Shown here piece by piece: positions 21,767-31,449 of a stretch of DNA of 64,000 nucleotides. Source of the stretch: Candidatus Bipolaricaulota bacterium (GTDB lineage: Bacteria; Bipolaricaulota; Bipolaricaulia; UBA7950; UBA9294); assembly GCA_040752575.1 (NCBI GenBank), contig JBFMGK010000003.1, positions 32,001 through 96,000 of the forward strand. Reading direction: 5' to 3'. A program made the translations under genes and the position numbers. The stretch's first letter is position 1, and every line of letters starts with the position of its first letter. The notes under the pieces are model-generated. The model saw only the letters and a list, made by a program, of their open reading frames with translations. It ran no database searches and had not been told where the DNA came from.

Positions 21767-23608
21767 ATGAATCGTCTTGAGCAACGGCTCGCCGAGCTAC
21801 CATCCACTCCGGGGGTCTACGTCATGAAGGACGCAGACGGAACGCCGCTCTACGTCGGGAAGGCGGCCTCCCTCCGCGCTCGGGTGCGTTCGTATTTCCA
21901 ATCCGCCGAAGGACTGTCCCCGCGCATTCAGGCCCTCGTGGCCGAAGTGGAGGACATCGAGGTGATCCATACCTCAACGGAAGCCGAGGCCTTCCTTGTG
22001 GAGGATGCGCTGATCAAGCGACACCAACCGCGGTTCAACGTCCGTTTGCGCGACGACAAGCGATACCCCTACTTACGGATCACCCATGAGCCCTTTCCTC
22101 GTGTCCTCGTCGTTCGCCGCCGCGCTCACGGAGGCGGGCGTTACTTCGGCCCCTATACGAACGCCAAGGCCATGCGGGCGGCGCTGAAGATGGCGCAGAA
22201 GCTCTTCCCGATCCGCACCTGCTCGCTCGACCTGCCGCTCGCCGCGCCGAGGCGCCCCTGCCTCAACTACGACATCGGCCGCTGCCTCGGCCCGTGCGCC
22301 GGACTTGTGACGAGAGAGGAATACGGTGAAGCCGTGGACGGGGTCGCATCCTTCCTCGAGGGGAAGACGACCGAGCTCCTTCGCCGGATCGAGCACGAGA
22401 TGCGCGATGCCGCAAGCCAGATGGACTTCGAGCGCGCCGCCCGCCTGCGCGATCGGGCGGGTGCCCTGACGCGCGCCGTGGAGCGCCAGTCGGTCGTCTT
22501 CCCCGACGAGCGGGACCGCGATGTCGTGGGACTGCACATCGAGGGTGAGTGCGCGACGGCCTTCCTGTTCCTCGTTCGCGACGGCCGCGTCTGCGCACGC
22601 GAAACGTTCTCCCTACGCGTGCCGGACGGGATCACTCCGGCAGACGTTCTGGCGGAGTTCCTCGGGCAGTACTACGCGCAGGCGGCGGCGGTGCCGAGAG
22701 AGGTTCTCCTGCCCCTGGACTTGGGCGACGGCGACGAACTCGCCGACGTCCTCTCGGCCGCTCGGGGAACGCGCGTCCGTCTTGTCGTTCCCCGGCGAGG
22801 CGACAAACGGGCTCTGGTCGACCTCGCCTCCGAGAACGCGCGCTTCGCCCTCAAGGCAAGGGCCAAAGCCGACCTCGCTCGCGACCGCGAAGGCGCGTTG
22901 GTAGAGCTGGTGGACGCGTTGTCGCTTGCGGCACTTCCGCTTCGCATCGAGGCGTTTGACATCTCGAACACGCAGGGACAAGAAGCCACAGGGTCGATGG
23001 TCGTCTTCGAAGACGGCAAGCCTCGGCGAGACGCCTATCGGAGGTTCAAGGTCTCGCTCGCCGAGAAGCCTGATGATGTGGCCATGATGGCCGAGGTGTT
23101 GCGCCGGAGATTCCGTAGAGGGCTGGCCGAGATCTCCGATCCCACGGCAGGACGGCCCCGCTTCGCCGAGTTTCCCGATCTCCTCCTCGTCGACGGAGGG
23201 AAGGGGCAGCTTGGCGCCGCGGCACACGTCCTCCGCGAGTTGAACGTCGAGGGCATCGACGTGATCGGCCTTGCGAAGCGCGAGGAGGAGATCTTCGTTC
23301 CGGGCAAGGCGGATCCGATCCGCCTCCCCGACGGCAGCGAGGCGCTGCTGCTGTTGCGGCACGTGCGCGACGAGGCGCATCGCTTCGCGGTCACCTATCA
23401 CCGCAAACTTCGCGGCCGGCGCAGTCTACGCTCCATCCTCGACGACGTTCCGGGCATCGGCCCCAAGCGAAAGAGCGCTTTGATCCAGCGATTCGGATCG
23501 CTTGACGCCCTTCGCGCCGCGTCGCCGGACGAGATCGCCGCAGCCGGATCGATGCCGCGCTCGCTCGCCGAGCGAGTCCTCGACCACCTGCAGCGCGCGG
23601 CAACATGA
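21767..23608 (+). CDS. uvrC: Excinuclease ABC subunit C
   Basis: LPSTPGVY..YVGKA, LRDDKRYPY, RIEAFDIS, VDGGKGQ, RDEAHRFA and HhH GIGPKR. Confidence 0.97.
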   Translation: MNRLEQRLAELPSTPGVYVMKDADGTPLYVGKAASLRARVRSYFQSAEGLSPRIQALVAEVEDIEVIHTSTEAEAFLVEDALIKRHQPRFNVRLRDDKRYPYLRITHEPFPRVLVVRRRAHGGGRYFGPYTNAKAMRAALKMAQKLFPIRTCSLDLPLAAPRRPCLNYDIGRCLGPCAGLVTREEYGEAVDGVASFLEGKTTELLRRIEHEMRDAASQMDFERAARLRDRAGALTRAVERQSVVFPDERDRDVVGLHIEGECATAFLFLVRDGRVCARETFSLRVPDGITPADVLAEFLGQYYAQAAAVPREVLLPLDLGDGDELADVLSAARGTRVRLVVPRRGDKRALVDLASENARFALKARAKADLARDREGALVELVDALSLAALPLRIEAFDISNTQGQEATGSMVVFEDGKPRRDAYRRFKVSLAEKPDDVAMMAEVLRRRFRRGLAEISDPTAGRPRFAEFPDLLLVDGGKGQLGAAAHVLRELNVEGIDVIGLAKREEEIFVPGKADPIRLPDGSEALLLLRHVRDEAHRFAVTYHRKLRGRRSLRSILDDVPGIGPKRKSALIQRFGSLDALRAASPDEIAAAGSMPRSLAERVLDHLQRAAT

Positions 23609-23667
23609 CCCGGTGGAGCGGCTTCGCGGCGGGTTCTATACTCAACGAGATCGAAGAGGAGGACGGC

Positions 23668-24720
23668 ATGCAGTCGATCGAGGTGTTGCGGGAGCTGTCG
23701 GATGCCTTCGGCGTGGCCGGCTTTGAGGACGAAGTCCGCTCGCAGATCGAGAAGTTGATCCGTCCCTATGTCGACAGCGTGTCGACCGATACGCTGGGAA
23801 ACCTGATCGCCGTTCGCCGTGGGGCCGACTCGAGAGTCCTGATGCTCGACGCCCACATGGACGAGGTCGGATTCCTCGTAAAGTGGATCGACGACCGCGG
23901 GTACCTGCGGTTCGCTCCGCTGGGGGGATGGGACGAGCGCATCGTCCCCGGCCATCGAGTGGTCCTCAAGACGAGGCGCGATGAGAAGCGGCTGGGCGTC
24001 ATCGGCTCGGCGCCCCCGCACATCCTGTCGGCCGAAGACCGCGCCAAACCGATTCCCCTCGCCAAGATGTTCGTCGACGTGGGCGCAACGTCGCGCCAAG
24101 AGGCGCTGGATCTAGGGATCCAGATCGGCGATCCGTTCACGATCCACTACTCCTTCGCCGATCTCACCGAGGGCACCGTCACCGGAAAGGCTCTCGACGA
24201 TCGCGCCGGCTGCGCGGTGCTCATCGAGACCGCACGACGGCTTGCGGAGTCAGACCTTGGGATGACAACCGCCTTCTCGTTCTCGTTCGGCGAGGAGCTC
24301 GGCCTGCGTGGGGCGACGACGGCAGCGTTCCATATCCAGCCCACGCTCGCCCTCGCCGTAGAGGGAACGATCGGCGCCGACATGCCGGACGTCGCCGAGG
24401 ACTGCCAGCCGGCGCGCCTCGGGCGAGGCCCGGCGCTCAGCGTCGCCGACCGATCGATTGTGGTCTCCCCCAAGCTCCTGCGGAGCTTGGAAAAGACGGC
24501 CGACGAGCAGTCGATCCCTTACCAGTACAAGCTGCCAACGTACGGCTCGACGGACGCCGGGGCGATCCATCTGTCGCGCGGCGGCGTGCTGGCAGCCGTC
24601 GTTTCCGTGCCGTGCCGGTACATTCACTCGCCGGTCTCAACGCTTCGCCGCAACGACTTCGAGAACACGATTCGACTCGTGACCGCTTGGGTCGCGTCGC
24701 TACCCGGATCCGTCTTCTAG
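23668..24720 (+). CDS. M42 family (TET-like) aminopeptidase
   Basis: DAHMDEVG, GKALDDRAG, EELGLRGA, TDAG and RYIHS. Confidence 0.92.
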   Translation: MQSIEVLRELSDAFGVAGFEDEVRSQIEKLIRPYVDSVSTDTLGNLIAVRRGADSRVLMLDAHMDEVGFLVKWIDDRGYLRFAPLGGWDERIVPGHRVVLKTRRDEKRLGVIGSAPPHILSAEDRAKPIPLAKMFVDVGATSRQEALDLGIQIGDPFTIHYSFADLTEGTVTGKALDDRAGCAVLIETARRLAESDLGMTTAFSFSFGEELGLRGATTAAFHIQPTLALAVEGTIGADMPDVAEDCQPARLGRGPALSVADRSIVVSPKLLRSLEKTADEQSIPYQYKLPTYGSTDAGAIHLSRGGVLAAVVSVPCRYIHSPVSTLRRNDFENTIRLVTAWVASLPGSVF

Positions 24721-24732
24721 GTACGGCAGGAT

Positions 24733-25959
24733 CTACGCTCGGGCGGGGACTCGCCGGGCCGCGAGGGCTTCCGTCACGACGTCGGCGAGGCGGCGTATCC
24801 CTTCGTCGATCGTCTCGGGGGTGGCGAGAGAATACGAGAGCCGTAGGGTGTTCTTCCCGCCGCCGTCGACGTAGGCTGAGGATCCCGGGACATAGGCCAC
24901 TTTGTGTCGGATGGCGCTCTCGAGCATCTCTTCGGCGCTGAGGTCCTCCGGCAGCCACATCCAGATGAACAGCCCGCCGTCGGGATTGGTCCAACGGAGG
25001 CCCGGCTCATCGGGCATGTACTTCTCGAGCGCCGCAATCATGGCTTCCTTCTTCGCCCGATAGATCGGCCGGATCTCGTCCAGATGTTGGTCGAGCCCGT
25101 GCCGCTGCATATACCTCGCGGCAATCATCTGCGTCAGCTTCGAGGTGCACAGATCCGTCGGCTGTTTGACGCGGATCAGTGCGTCCATGAGTTCTCCTCG
25201 CGCCACCAGCATGGCCAGTCGAAGTCCCGCCGAGAGAACCTTCGAGAAGGTCAACAGCATGATGGTCCGACCCTCGGTGTCCTGGCTGAAGATCGACGGG
25301 ATGGGCTCCCCAGAGAAGCGCAGGTGCCCATAGGGATTGTCCTCGAAGATCAACAGGTCGTAGGCGCGGGCAACCTCGAGAAGTCGCTGCCTCTTCTCGA
25401 ACGACATCGTGATGCCGCTCGGGTTCTGGAAGTCGGGGATCACGTAGATCGCCTTCATCTTCTTCCCTTCGCGACGCGCCGCCACGATTCGGGCCTCCAA
25501 CTCCTCGATGTCCATGCCGTCGTCCTCTAGCGGGACGCCGATCTTCGTGACCTGGAAGAGCGTGAACGCCTGGACGGCCCCCAGATAGGTCGGGAGGCCG
25601 CAGAACACCACGTCTCCGGGGTCGAAAAACGCCTTCCCTAGAAGATCCAGACCCTGCTGGGACGCCGTCGTGACCAGCAGTTCGTGGATCGAGACATCGA
25701 TTCCCTGAGGCTTGAGCCACTCGATCATCGCTTGGCGCAGCGTACGACTGCCTTCCGTCGTCCCGTACTGCAGAACGTTCGCCGCTTCGTTCCGCAAGAG
25801 GTCCGCCGCGATGTCGGCGAGTTCCTCATTGGGAAAGGTCTCTGGCGCAGGCAGTCCACCTCCGAACGAGATGATCTCGGGTTGCTCCGTCAGCTTGAGC
25901 AGCTCGCGGATGGCGGAACGCTTGGCGCCGGTGGCGCGACTAGAGAAGTGGTGTCTCAT
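24733..25959 (-). CDS. PLP-dependent class I/II aminotransferase (LysN/2-aminoadipate transaminase-like)
   Basis: SAIRELLK, ISFGGGLP, LQYGTTEG, FQNPSG, EDNPY and TFSKVLSAGLR (PLP lysine). Confidence 0.88.
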   Translation of the reverse strand: MRHHFSSRATGAKRSAIRELLKLTEQPEIISFGGGLPAPETFPNEELADIAADLLRNEAANVLQYGTTEGSRTLRQAMIEWLKPQGIDVSIHELLVTTASQQGLDLLGKAFFDPGDVVFCGLPTYLGAVQAFTLFQVTKIGVPLEDDGMDIEELEARIVAARREGKKMKAIYVIPDFQNPSGITMSFEKRQRLLEVARAYDLLIFEDNPYGHLRFSGEPIPSIFSQDTEGRTIMLLTFSKVLSAGLRLAMLVARGELMDALIRVKQPTDLCTSKLTQMIAARYMQRHGLDQHLDEIRPIYRAKKEAMIAALEKYMPDEPGLRWTNPDGGLFIWMWLPEDLSAEEMLESAIRHKVAYVPGSSAYVDGGGKNTLRLSYSLATPETIDEGIRRLADVVTEALAARRVPARA

Positions 25960-26010
25960 CGAACGCTCCTTAGACCGCCCCTTGACTCGCCCCGAAGATG
26001 AAGGCTCTGG

Positions 26011-26040
26011 ATTCTATGCAACTCTTCGATGGGCTGTCAA
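26011..26040 (-). promoter_or_regulatory. Sigma70-type promoter for the aminotransferase
   Basis: TTGACA-N18-TAGAAT, overlapping the PAP2 stop codon. Confidence 0.65.
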
Positions 26041-26606
26041 AAGACCAGCCAGTGAAAGAGCGGCAGAAGGCTCGCGGCAACGAGGGTTCCGAGTACTGCT
26101 CCTCCCGCGATGTCGAGGAAGTAGTGCTCGCGTAGGTAGACGCGCGACAGGGCAATGGTCGTCGCGCCCAGACAGACGGCCGCCTGTACGGCGGGATGAG
26201 GGTAACGAACGGCGACGAGATAGGCGAGACCGAACGACGTCGTCGCGTGACCCGAGGGGAACGAGAAGGTGTCGATCACGCGCCCGCGAAAGCCCTCACC
26301 GTCGGCTTCCGGGCGCTCGCGGGACACGGCCATCTTGAGCAGACGCACGAGGACCAGATTCGCCACGGTGACGCCGAAACCCACGACGACGTTCCAGCGA
26401 TCGGCGGTCGTTCCGAACACGGCAAGGCCCGTGGCAAGAGCGGCCCAGACGTATCCGTCTCCGAGATACGTCGCCGCGACGAACAACCGATAGAGCTTTC
26501 GTAGCGCCTGCGCCCCGCTGAACGCTTCCATGGCGCGTTCGTCCCAGGCGTGGAGCGTGGCGAACAGAGGATCGAGTCGATCGCAGACTCGACTCCAGAC
26601 GCTCAC
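26037..26606 (-). CDS. PAP2 family phosphatase
   Basis: K....RERP, SFPSGH and SRVYLREHYFLD. Confidence 0.9.
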   Translation of the reverse strand: MSVWSRVCDRLDPLFATLHAWDERAMEAFSGAQALRKLYRLFVAATYLGDGYVWAALATGLAVFGTTADRWNVVVGFGVTVANLVLVRLLKMAVSRERPEADGEGFRGRVIDTFSFPSGHATTSFGLAYLVAVRYPHPAVQAAVCLGATTIALSRVYLREHYFLDIAGGAVLGTLVAASLLPLFHWLVF

Positions 26607-28069
26607 GCCTCGTCCCTCCGCCGGAGGGTCGGGAAGAGGATCACGTCGCGAATCGAGGCGGCGTTCGTCGCAAGCATGGCCAGCCGGTCAAGGCCCACGC
26701 CCATGCCTCCCGTGGGAGGCATCCCGTGCTCCAGAGCAAAAAGGAACTCCTCGTCGATCCGCTGAGCCTCTTCGTCTCCCGCCGCCCGAAGGGCCTCCTG
26801 GGCGAGGAAGCGCTCCCGCTGATCGACCGGGTCGTTCAGCTCGGAGAACGCGTTGGCAATCTCCATGTTCATGACGAACAACTCGAAACGCTCCGCGAGA
26901 TGCGGGGCGTCGGCGTGGCGCTTCGCGAGCGGCGAGATCTCTACCGGGTAGTCGGTCACGAAGGTCGGCTGCACGAGGTTCGGCTCGACGTAGCGGTCGA
27001 AGAGGTGTTCGATGAGTTGAGCCCGACCTAGCTGCGGAAGCCCAATCTGCCGCTCGGCGGCCGCGGCAAGGATCTCCGGTGCCGTGCGAGTCCCCACCTC
27101 GACCCCCGATGCCTCAGAGATGGCATCGAGCATCGACACGCGGCGCCAGGGAGGGGTGAAGTCCAGGGTTCGGCCCTGGTACTCGATGACGAGCGAACCG
27201 GCCGTCGTCAGAAGCACGGCCGCAACGAGCGCCTCGGCCAGTTCCATCATCCCCTCGACGTCGGTGTACGCCTGGTAGAGCTCGAGCATCGTGAACTCGG
27301 GGTTGTGCTTCGTGGACACCCCTTCGTTGCGAAAGCACTTCCCGATCTCGAATACGCGGTCGATCCCACCCACCAGCGCACGCTTGAGGTACAACTCGAG
27401 CGCGATCCGTAGGGTGAAGTCCACGTCCAATGCGTTGTGGTGGGTCACAAACGGGCGGGCGTTGGTGCCGCCGGGAATCGGCTGAAGGATGGGCGTTTCC
27501 ACCTCGACGAACCCTCGCCCCGTAAGCTCGCTCCGCAGCGTCGACATCATCCTCGCGCGGCGAAGGAATCTTTCTCGGCTCTCTTCGTTCGCCAGCAGAT
27601 CGAGCGAGCGATGCCGGTAGCGCAACTCGACGTCCTTCAATCCATGCCACTTCTCGGGAAGCGGTCGTGCGGCCTTCGCCAGGAAGAACAGGCGCTCGGC
27701 ACCGATCGTCAGCTCACCGCGCTTCGTGCGGAAGACCTCTCCCGCCACCGCCACGAAGTCGCCGACGTCGACCAGCGAGAGGTCCTCGTAACAGGAGCCG
27801 AGTCGATCGACGGTCGCATGCACCTGGAGCCGGCCGGTCGCATCGCGCAGGTCGACGAATGACGCCTTGCCCATCCCGCGGATCGCCGTCACGCGTCCCG
27901 CAACGGTTGCACGCTCGGAACTCGTCGCCTCGGCGGCAAGATTCACATGTCGTGAGACAATCTCGCCAATCCTCGTCGTCGGCGGAACGCGAGCCGGGTA
28001 CGGCTCCCGCCCACGGCGGCGGAGTTCGTCGACGCGAGCTAAGCGGGCGTGGAACAGGTCGTCGGACAT
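26603..28069 (-). CDS. lysS: Lysine--tRNA ligase (class II)
   Basis: LPEKWHGL, EVETPIL, FRNEG..TKHNPEFT and GMPPTGGMGVGLDRL. Confidence 0.97.
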   Translation of the reverse strand: MSDDLFHARLARVDELRRRGREPYPARVPPTTRIGEIVSRHVNLAAEATSSERATVAGRVTAIRGMGKASFVDLRDATGRLQVHATVDRLGSCYEDLSLVDVGDFVAVAGEVFRTKRGELTIGAERLFFLAKAARPLPEKWHGLKDVELRYRHRSLDLLANEESRERFLRRARMMSTLRSELTGRGFVEVETPILQPIPGGTNARPFVTHHNALDVDFTLRIALELYLKRALVGGIDRVFEIGKCFRNEGVSTKHNPEFTMLELYQAYTDVEGMMELAEALVAAVLLTTAGSLVIEYQGRTLDFTPPWRRVSMLDAISEASGVEVGTRTAPEILAAAAERQIGLPQLGRAQLIEHLFDRYVEPNLVQPTFVTDYPVEISPLAKRHADAPHLAERFELFVMNMEIANAFSELNDPVDQRERFLAQEALRAAGDEEAQRIDEEFLFALEHGMPPTGGMGVGLDRLAMLATNAASIRDVILFPTLRRRDEA

Positions 28070-28075
28070 GGATTC

Positions 28076-28555
28076 CTATTTCTTGATGGCAATCACGCGA
28101 AACCGCGAGGTTCCAGAAGGCAGGTCGGCCGTGACCTGGTCGCCCTCGCGCTTGCCAAGGAGTAGGCGTCCGACCGGCGAAGCCACGGAGATCTTCCCCA
28201 TCTCGAGGTCGACCTCGGCCGGGCTCACCAGGGTGAACGTCCCGCTCTCCTTCAGAGTCAGGTCCTGAAGGATGAAGCTCGATCCGATTCCGATGATATC
28301 GGTCGAGATCGACTCCTCGGGGAGGACCTCGGCGACCTCGAGAATCGACGCAAGGCGCCGCACTTCCCTCTCGTAGTACTCCTGTTGGCTCTGAAGATAC
28401 ATGTACTCTTTGTTCTCTCGGAGGTCGCCGCCGTTGAGCTTCGACGCTTTGAGCTTCTCGGGAATCTCCTCGTAGAGAATCTTCTCCGCCTTCTGAAGCT
28501 CCTGCTGCATGAGCTCATGGCCCTCTTTGGTGAGGGTGACCGTCTCTTGGTTCAT
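28076..28555 (-). CDS. greA: Transcription elongation factor GreA family
   Basis: LTKEG, GDLRENKEY and ISVASPVGRLLLGK; start MNQET with SD GGAGG. Confidence 0.88.
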   Translation of the reverse strand: MNQETVTLTKEGHELMQQELQKAEKILYEEIPEKLKASKLNGGDLRENKEYMYLQSQQEYYEREVRRLASILEVAEVLPEESISTDIIGIGSSFILQDLTLKESGTFTLVSPAEVDLEMGKISVASPVGRLLLGKREGDQVTADLPSGTSRFRVIAIKK

Positions 28556-28914
28556 CGGGACTCCTCCCTCCGCATTGCCTCGTTCGTACCCCGAATCAGA
28601 AGCTCCATGATGTCTTCCACTCCCGCCTCTCGACACGCCTTGTCCGGCCGCACGACGATGTCGGCGCGTGGGAGATCGGGCGCACCGCAGCGAAACGCTT
28701 CGCGAATCAACCGCTTGACGCGGTTCCGCTCCACGGCGTTGCCGAATCGCCGCCCCAGAACGATGCCCACGCGCACCCCCTCGGGCCTGGGGCGCACGTG
28801 AAGAGAAAAGAGCTCTCCTTTCCACGTCGCACCTTCGCGAAACGCGCGCCGGAAGTCATTCTGACGCTTGAGTCGCATCGAGGCACGGAAACGGCGTTCG
28901 CCGCCGCAAGGCAT
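28552..28914 (-). CDS. rnpA: Ribonuclease P protein component
   Basis: RLKRQNDF and RNR motif GNAVERNRVKRLIRE. Confidence 0.92.
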   Translation of the reverse strand: MPCGGERRFRASMRLKRQNDFRRAFREGATWKGELFSLHVRPRPEGVRVGIVLGRRFGNAVERNRVKRLIREAFRCGAPDLPRADIVVRPDKACREAGVEDIMELLIRGTNEAMRREESR

Positions 28915-28999
28915 GCGCGAACTATAGCTTCAACGTCTGTGTTGTTCAAGGTTTGCTCGACTGCGAGCGCGGAGCTTCTTGCGGTACACTCGCCGGACG

Positions 29000-30211
29000 A
29001 TGGACGAACAGCGCCCGCTCAGCGTGACGGAACTCAATCGCGCCGCTCGCCGCCTTCTCGAGGAAGCCATCGGCGACGTGTGGGTCCGCGGCGAGATCTC
29101 GGAAGCTTCGCACGCGCCCTCGGGACACGTGTATTTCACGCTGCGCGACGAGGAGGCGGAGATCAACGCCGTGCGCTTCCGCGGGCGGGCGCCCTTGCTG
29201 GTGACGCTCACACCGGGCATGGCGGTCCTCGTCTACGGCCGCCTGACGGTGTACGAACCGCGCGGACGCTACCAATTCGTCGCGACGCTCGTACAACCGA
29301 TCGGCGCCGGTCCGCTGCAGGCGGCATTCGAGGTTCTCAAGGAGAAGCTGCGAGTCGAGGGGCTGTTCGACCCGGCGCACAAGAAGGCGCTTCCACCTTT
29401 TCCTGAGAGGGTCGCCGTCGTCACCTCGCCGAGTGGTGCCGCCCTCCGGGACATCCTCGCCGCCCTCGCGCGGCGATGGCCCTTGTCCCACGTGCTCGTG
29501 TTCGCGGCTGCCGTTCAGGGGGAGACGGCCCCGGCGGAGATCGTTGCGGCGATCGAGCAGGCCGTGGGGTACTCCGAGTCGGTCGCCGCGATCGACGTGC
29601 TCCTCGTCGGCCGCGGGGGCGGCTCGGCCGAGGATCTCGCCGCGTTCAGTGACGAAGCGGTCGCCCGTGCGATCTACGCGTGCCCTATCCCGGTCGTGTC
29701 GGCCGTCGGACACGAGGTCGACGTGTCGATCGCGGACTTCGTCGCCGACGTGCGCGCTCCGACGCCTTCGACAGCCGTCGAGTTGGCGACGCCCAACGCG
29801 GCCGACGTGGTGCGGCAAGTGCGCCAAGGTGCGCGGCGGCTCCGAGTCGCCGTAGACGACCGACTGCGCGAATCGTTGACGGCCCTGAAGGCGGCTTCTC
29901 GCGTCGCGTTGTTTCGCGAACCGATGCGCCGCCTGGAGACCTGCGAGCAGAGGATGGACGGCGCCGTCCTCCGCGCAACCCGGGCCACTTCGTTTGCCCT
30001 TGACGCGCGGGACGCGCGGCTCTCGCACGCTCTCGACGTACTCAGGTTGTCGGATCCGCGGCGGCCGCTCGCACGAGGATACTCTATCACGATGCGCGAA
30101 GGGAGCGAGACGCCGCTTCGTGACGCTTCGACCGTCGCGATCGGCGAGCGGTTGCGCACCCTCTTGGCGCAAGGCGAGGTTGTGTCGAGCGTAGAGGACG
30201 TGAGGCGATGA
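29000..30211 (+). CDS. xseA: Exodeoxyribonuclease VII large subunit
   Basis: WVRGEIS, SGHVYFTL, GRGGGSAEDL and SAVGHEVD..ADFVADVRAPTPS. Confidence 0.96.
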   Translation: MDEQRPLSVTELNRAARRLLEEAIGDVWVRGEISEASHAPSGHVYFTLRDEEAEINAVRFRGRAPLLVTLTPGMAVLVYGRLTVYEPRGRYQFVATLVQPIGAGPLQAAFEVLKEKLRVEGLFDPAHKKALPPFPERVAVVTSPSGAALRDILAALARRWPLSHVLVFAAAVQGETAPAEIVAAIEQAVGYSESVAAIDVLLVGRGGGSAEDLAAFSDEAVARAIYACPIPVVSAVGHEVDVSIADFVADVRAPTPSTAVELATPNAADVVRQVRQGARRLRVAVDDRLRESLTALKAASRVALFREPMRRLETCEQRMDGAVLRATRATSFALDARDARLSHALDVLRLSDPRRPLARGYSITMREGSETPLRDASTVAIGERLRTLLAQGEVVSSVEDVRR

Positions 30212-30423
30212 AGATCGAAGAGGCCCTGACCAAGCTGGAGGAGATCACGGCACGACTTGAGAAGACGGATCTCCCGCTCGAAGAAGCCATCGAGTTGTTC
30301 GAGATCGGCCTCAACGTGGCGGCCGAGGCCAAGAAAGCCCTCGAAGGCGCACGTCTGCGCGTCGATCAGGTTCTGGAGCGAACGCGAGGGACGTTCGACC
30401 TCGAGGCTTTGGACGGCTCGTAG
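30208..30423 (+). CDS. xseB: Exodeoxyribonuclease VII small subunit
   Basis: EEALTKLEEI..RLE...LPLEEAIELFE.G; ATGA overlap with xseA. Confidence 0.93.
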   Translation: MKIEEALTKLEEITARLEKTDLPLEEAIELFEIGLNVAAEAKKALEGARLRVDQVLERTRGTFDLEALDGS

Positions 30424-30444
30424 CCCGCTTCTATAATCGCACCC

Positions 30445-31407
30445 ATGCAAGGATCGCCTTCGATCCATGACGTCGTCATCGTCGGCGCCGGTCCCGCGGG
30501 GCTGACGGCGGCCGTCTACGCGCGGCGCGGCTTGCTCTCGACTCTTGTGCTGGAGAAGGGGATCCCCGGGGGACAGCTCAACGAGACCGACGCCGTGGAG
30601 AATTGGCCGGGAAGCGTCCTCGTCTCGGGCGCCAAACTCATGGCCGACCTCCGCGATCAGGCCGCGCGGCTTGGCGCCGAGATCGTGCAGGACGAGGTCG
30701 TCGAGGTGATCGCGAGGCCGGGGGATCATCGGGTGAAGACGGCAAACGCTGAATTCTCCGCGCGGACGGTCATCCTGGCTCCGGGATCGAGAGCCCGTAA
30801 CCTGTCCGTCCCTGGAGCCGAGGAATTCAAGGGCCGCGGCGTATCGGTCTGCGCCACGTGCGACGGCTACTTCTTCCGCGACCAGCGCGTGATCGTCGTC
30901 GGGGCGGGCGATACCGCGCTGATCGAGGCGTTGTTCCTCGCTCGGCTCGCGGCGTCGGTGGCAATCGTCGTTCGCCACCCCCAGAGCGACCCGCGCGCCG
31001 TGCGCGGATCCGCGGCGCTGCGACGTCGCGCCGAAGAGGACCCGAAGATCCGGTTCTTGTGGAACCGGAATGTCACCGCGGTGATGGGTCAGACAAAGGT
31101 CGAGGCCTTGCGCCTCGAACGGCTGGACGATGGGACGCTCGACGAGATTCCTTGCGAAGGCATCTTCGTGAGCATCGGGCACGAGCCGCAGACCGACTTC
31201 CTACGGGGAGCCGTCGCCCTGGACGCCGAGGGTCGCATCGAAACGGACGATCGGCTGCGTGCGTCGGTTGGGGGCGTCTTCGCGGCCGGGGACGCACGCC
31301 GTACGTCGCACCATTACGCGCAGGCGGTCATCGCCGCCGCCGACGGCGCGATCGCCGCTCTGGAGGCGGAGTCATACCTCGTGTGGCGTCTTGCCGGGTC
31401 GCTCTAG
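30445..31407 (+). CDS. trxB: Thioredoxin reductase (TrxB family)
   Basis: GAGPAG, GGQL, VENWPG, GVSVCATCDG and GVFAAGD. Confidence 0.88.
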   Translation: MQGSPSIHDVVIVGAGPAGLTAAVYARRGLLSTLVLEKGIPGGQLNETDAVENWPGSVLVSGAKLMADLRDQAARLGAEIVQDEVVEVIARPGDHRVKTANAEFSARTVILAPGSRARNLSVPGAEEFKGRGVSVCATCDGYFFRDQRVIVVGAGDTALIEALFLARLAASVAIVVRHPQSDPRAVRGSAALRRRAEEDPKIRFLWNRNVTAVMGQTKVEALRLERLDDGTLDEIPCEGIFVSIGHEPQTDFLRGAVALDAEGRIETDDRLRASVGGVFAAGDARRTSHHYAQAVIAAADGAIAALEAESYLVWRLAGSL

Positions 31408-31449
31408 GACCTCGGAAAGCGCGGCACGAGAGAAAGAGGAGGAAGATCC

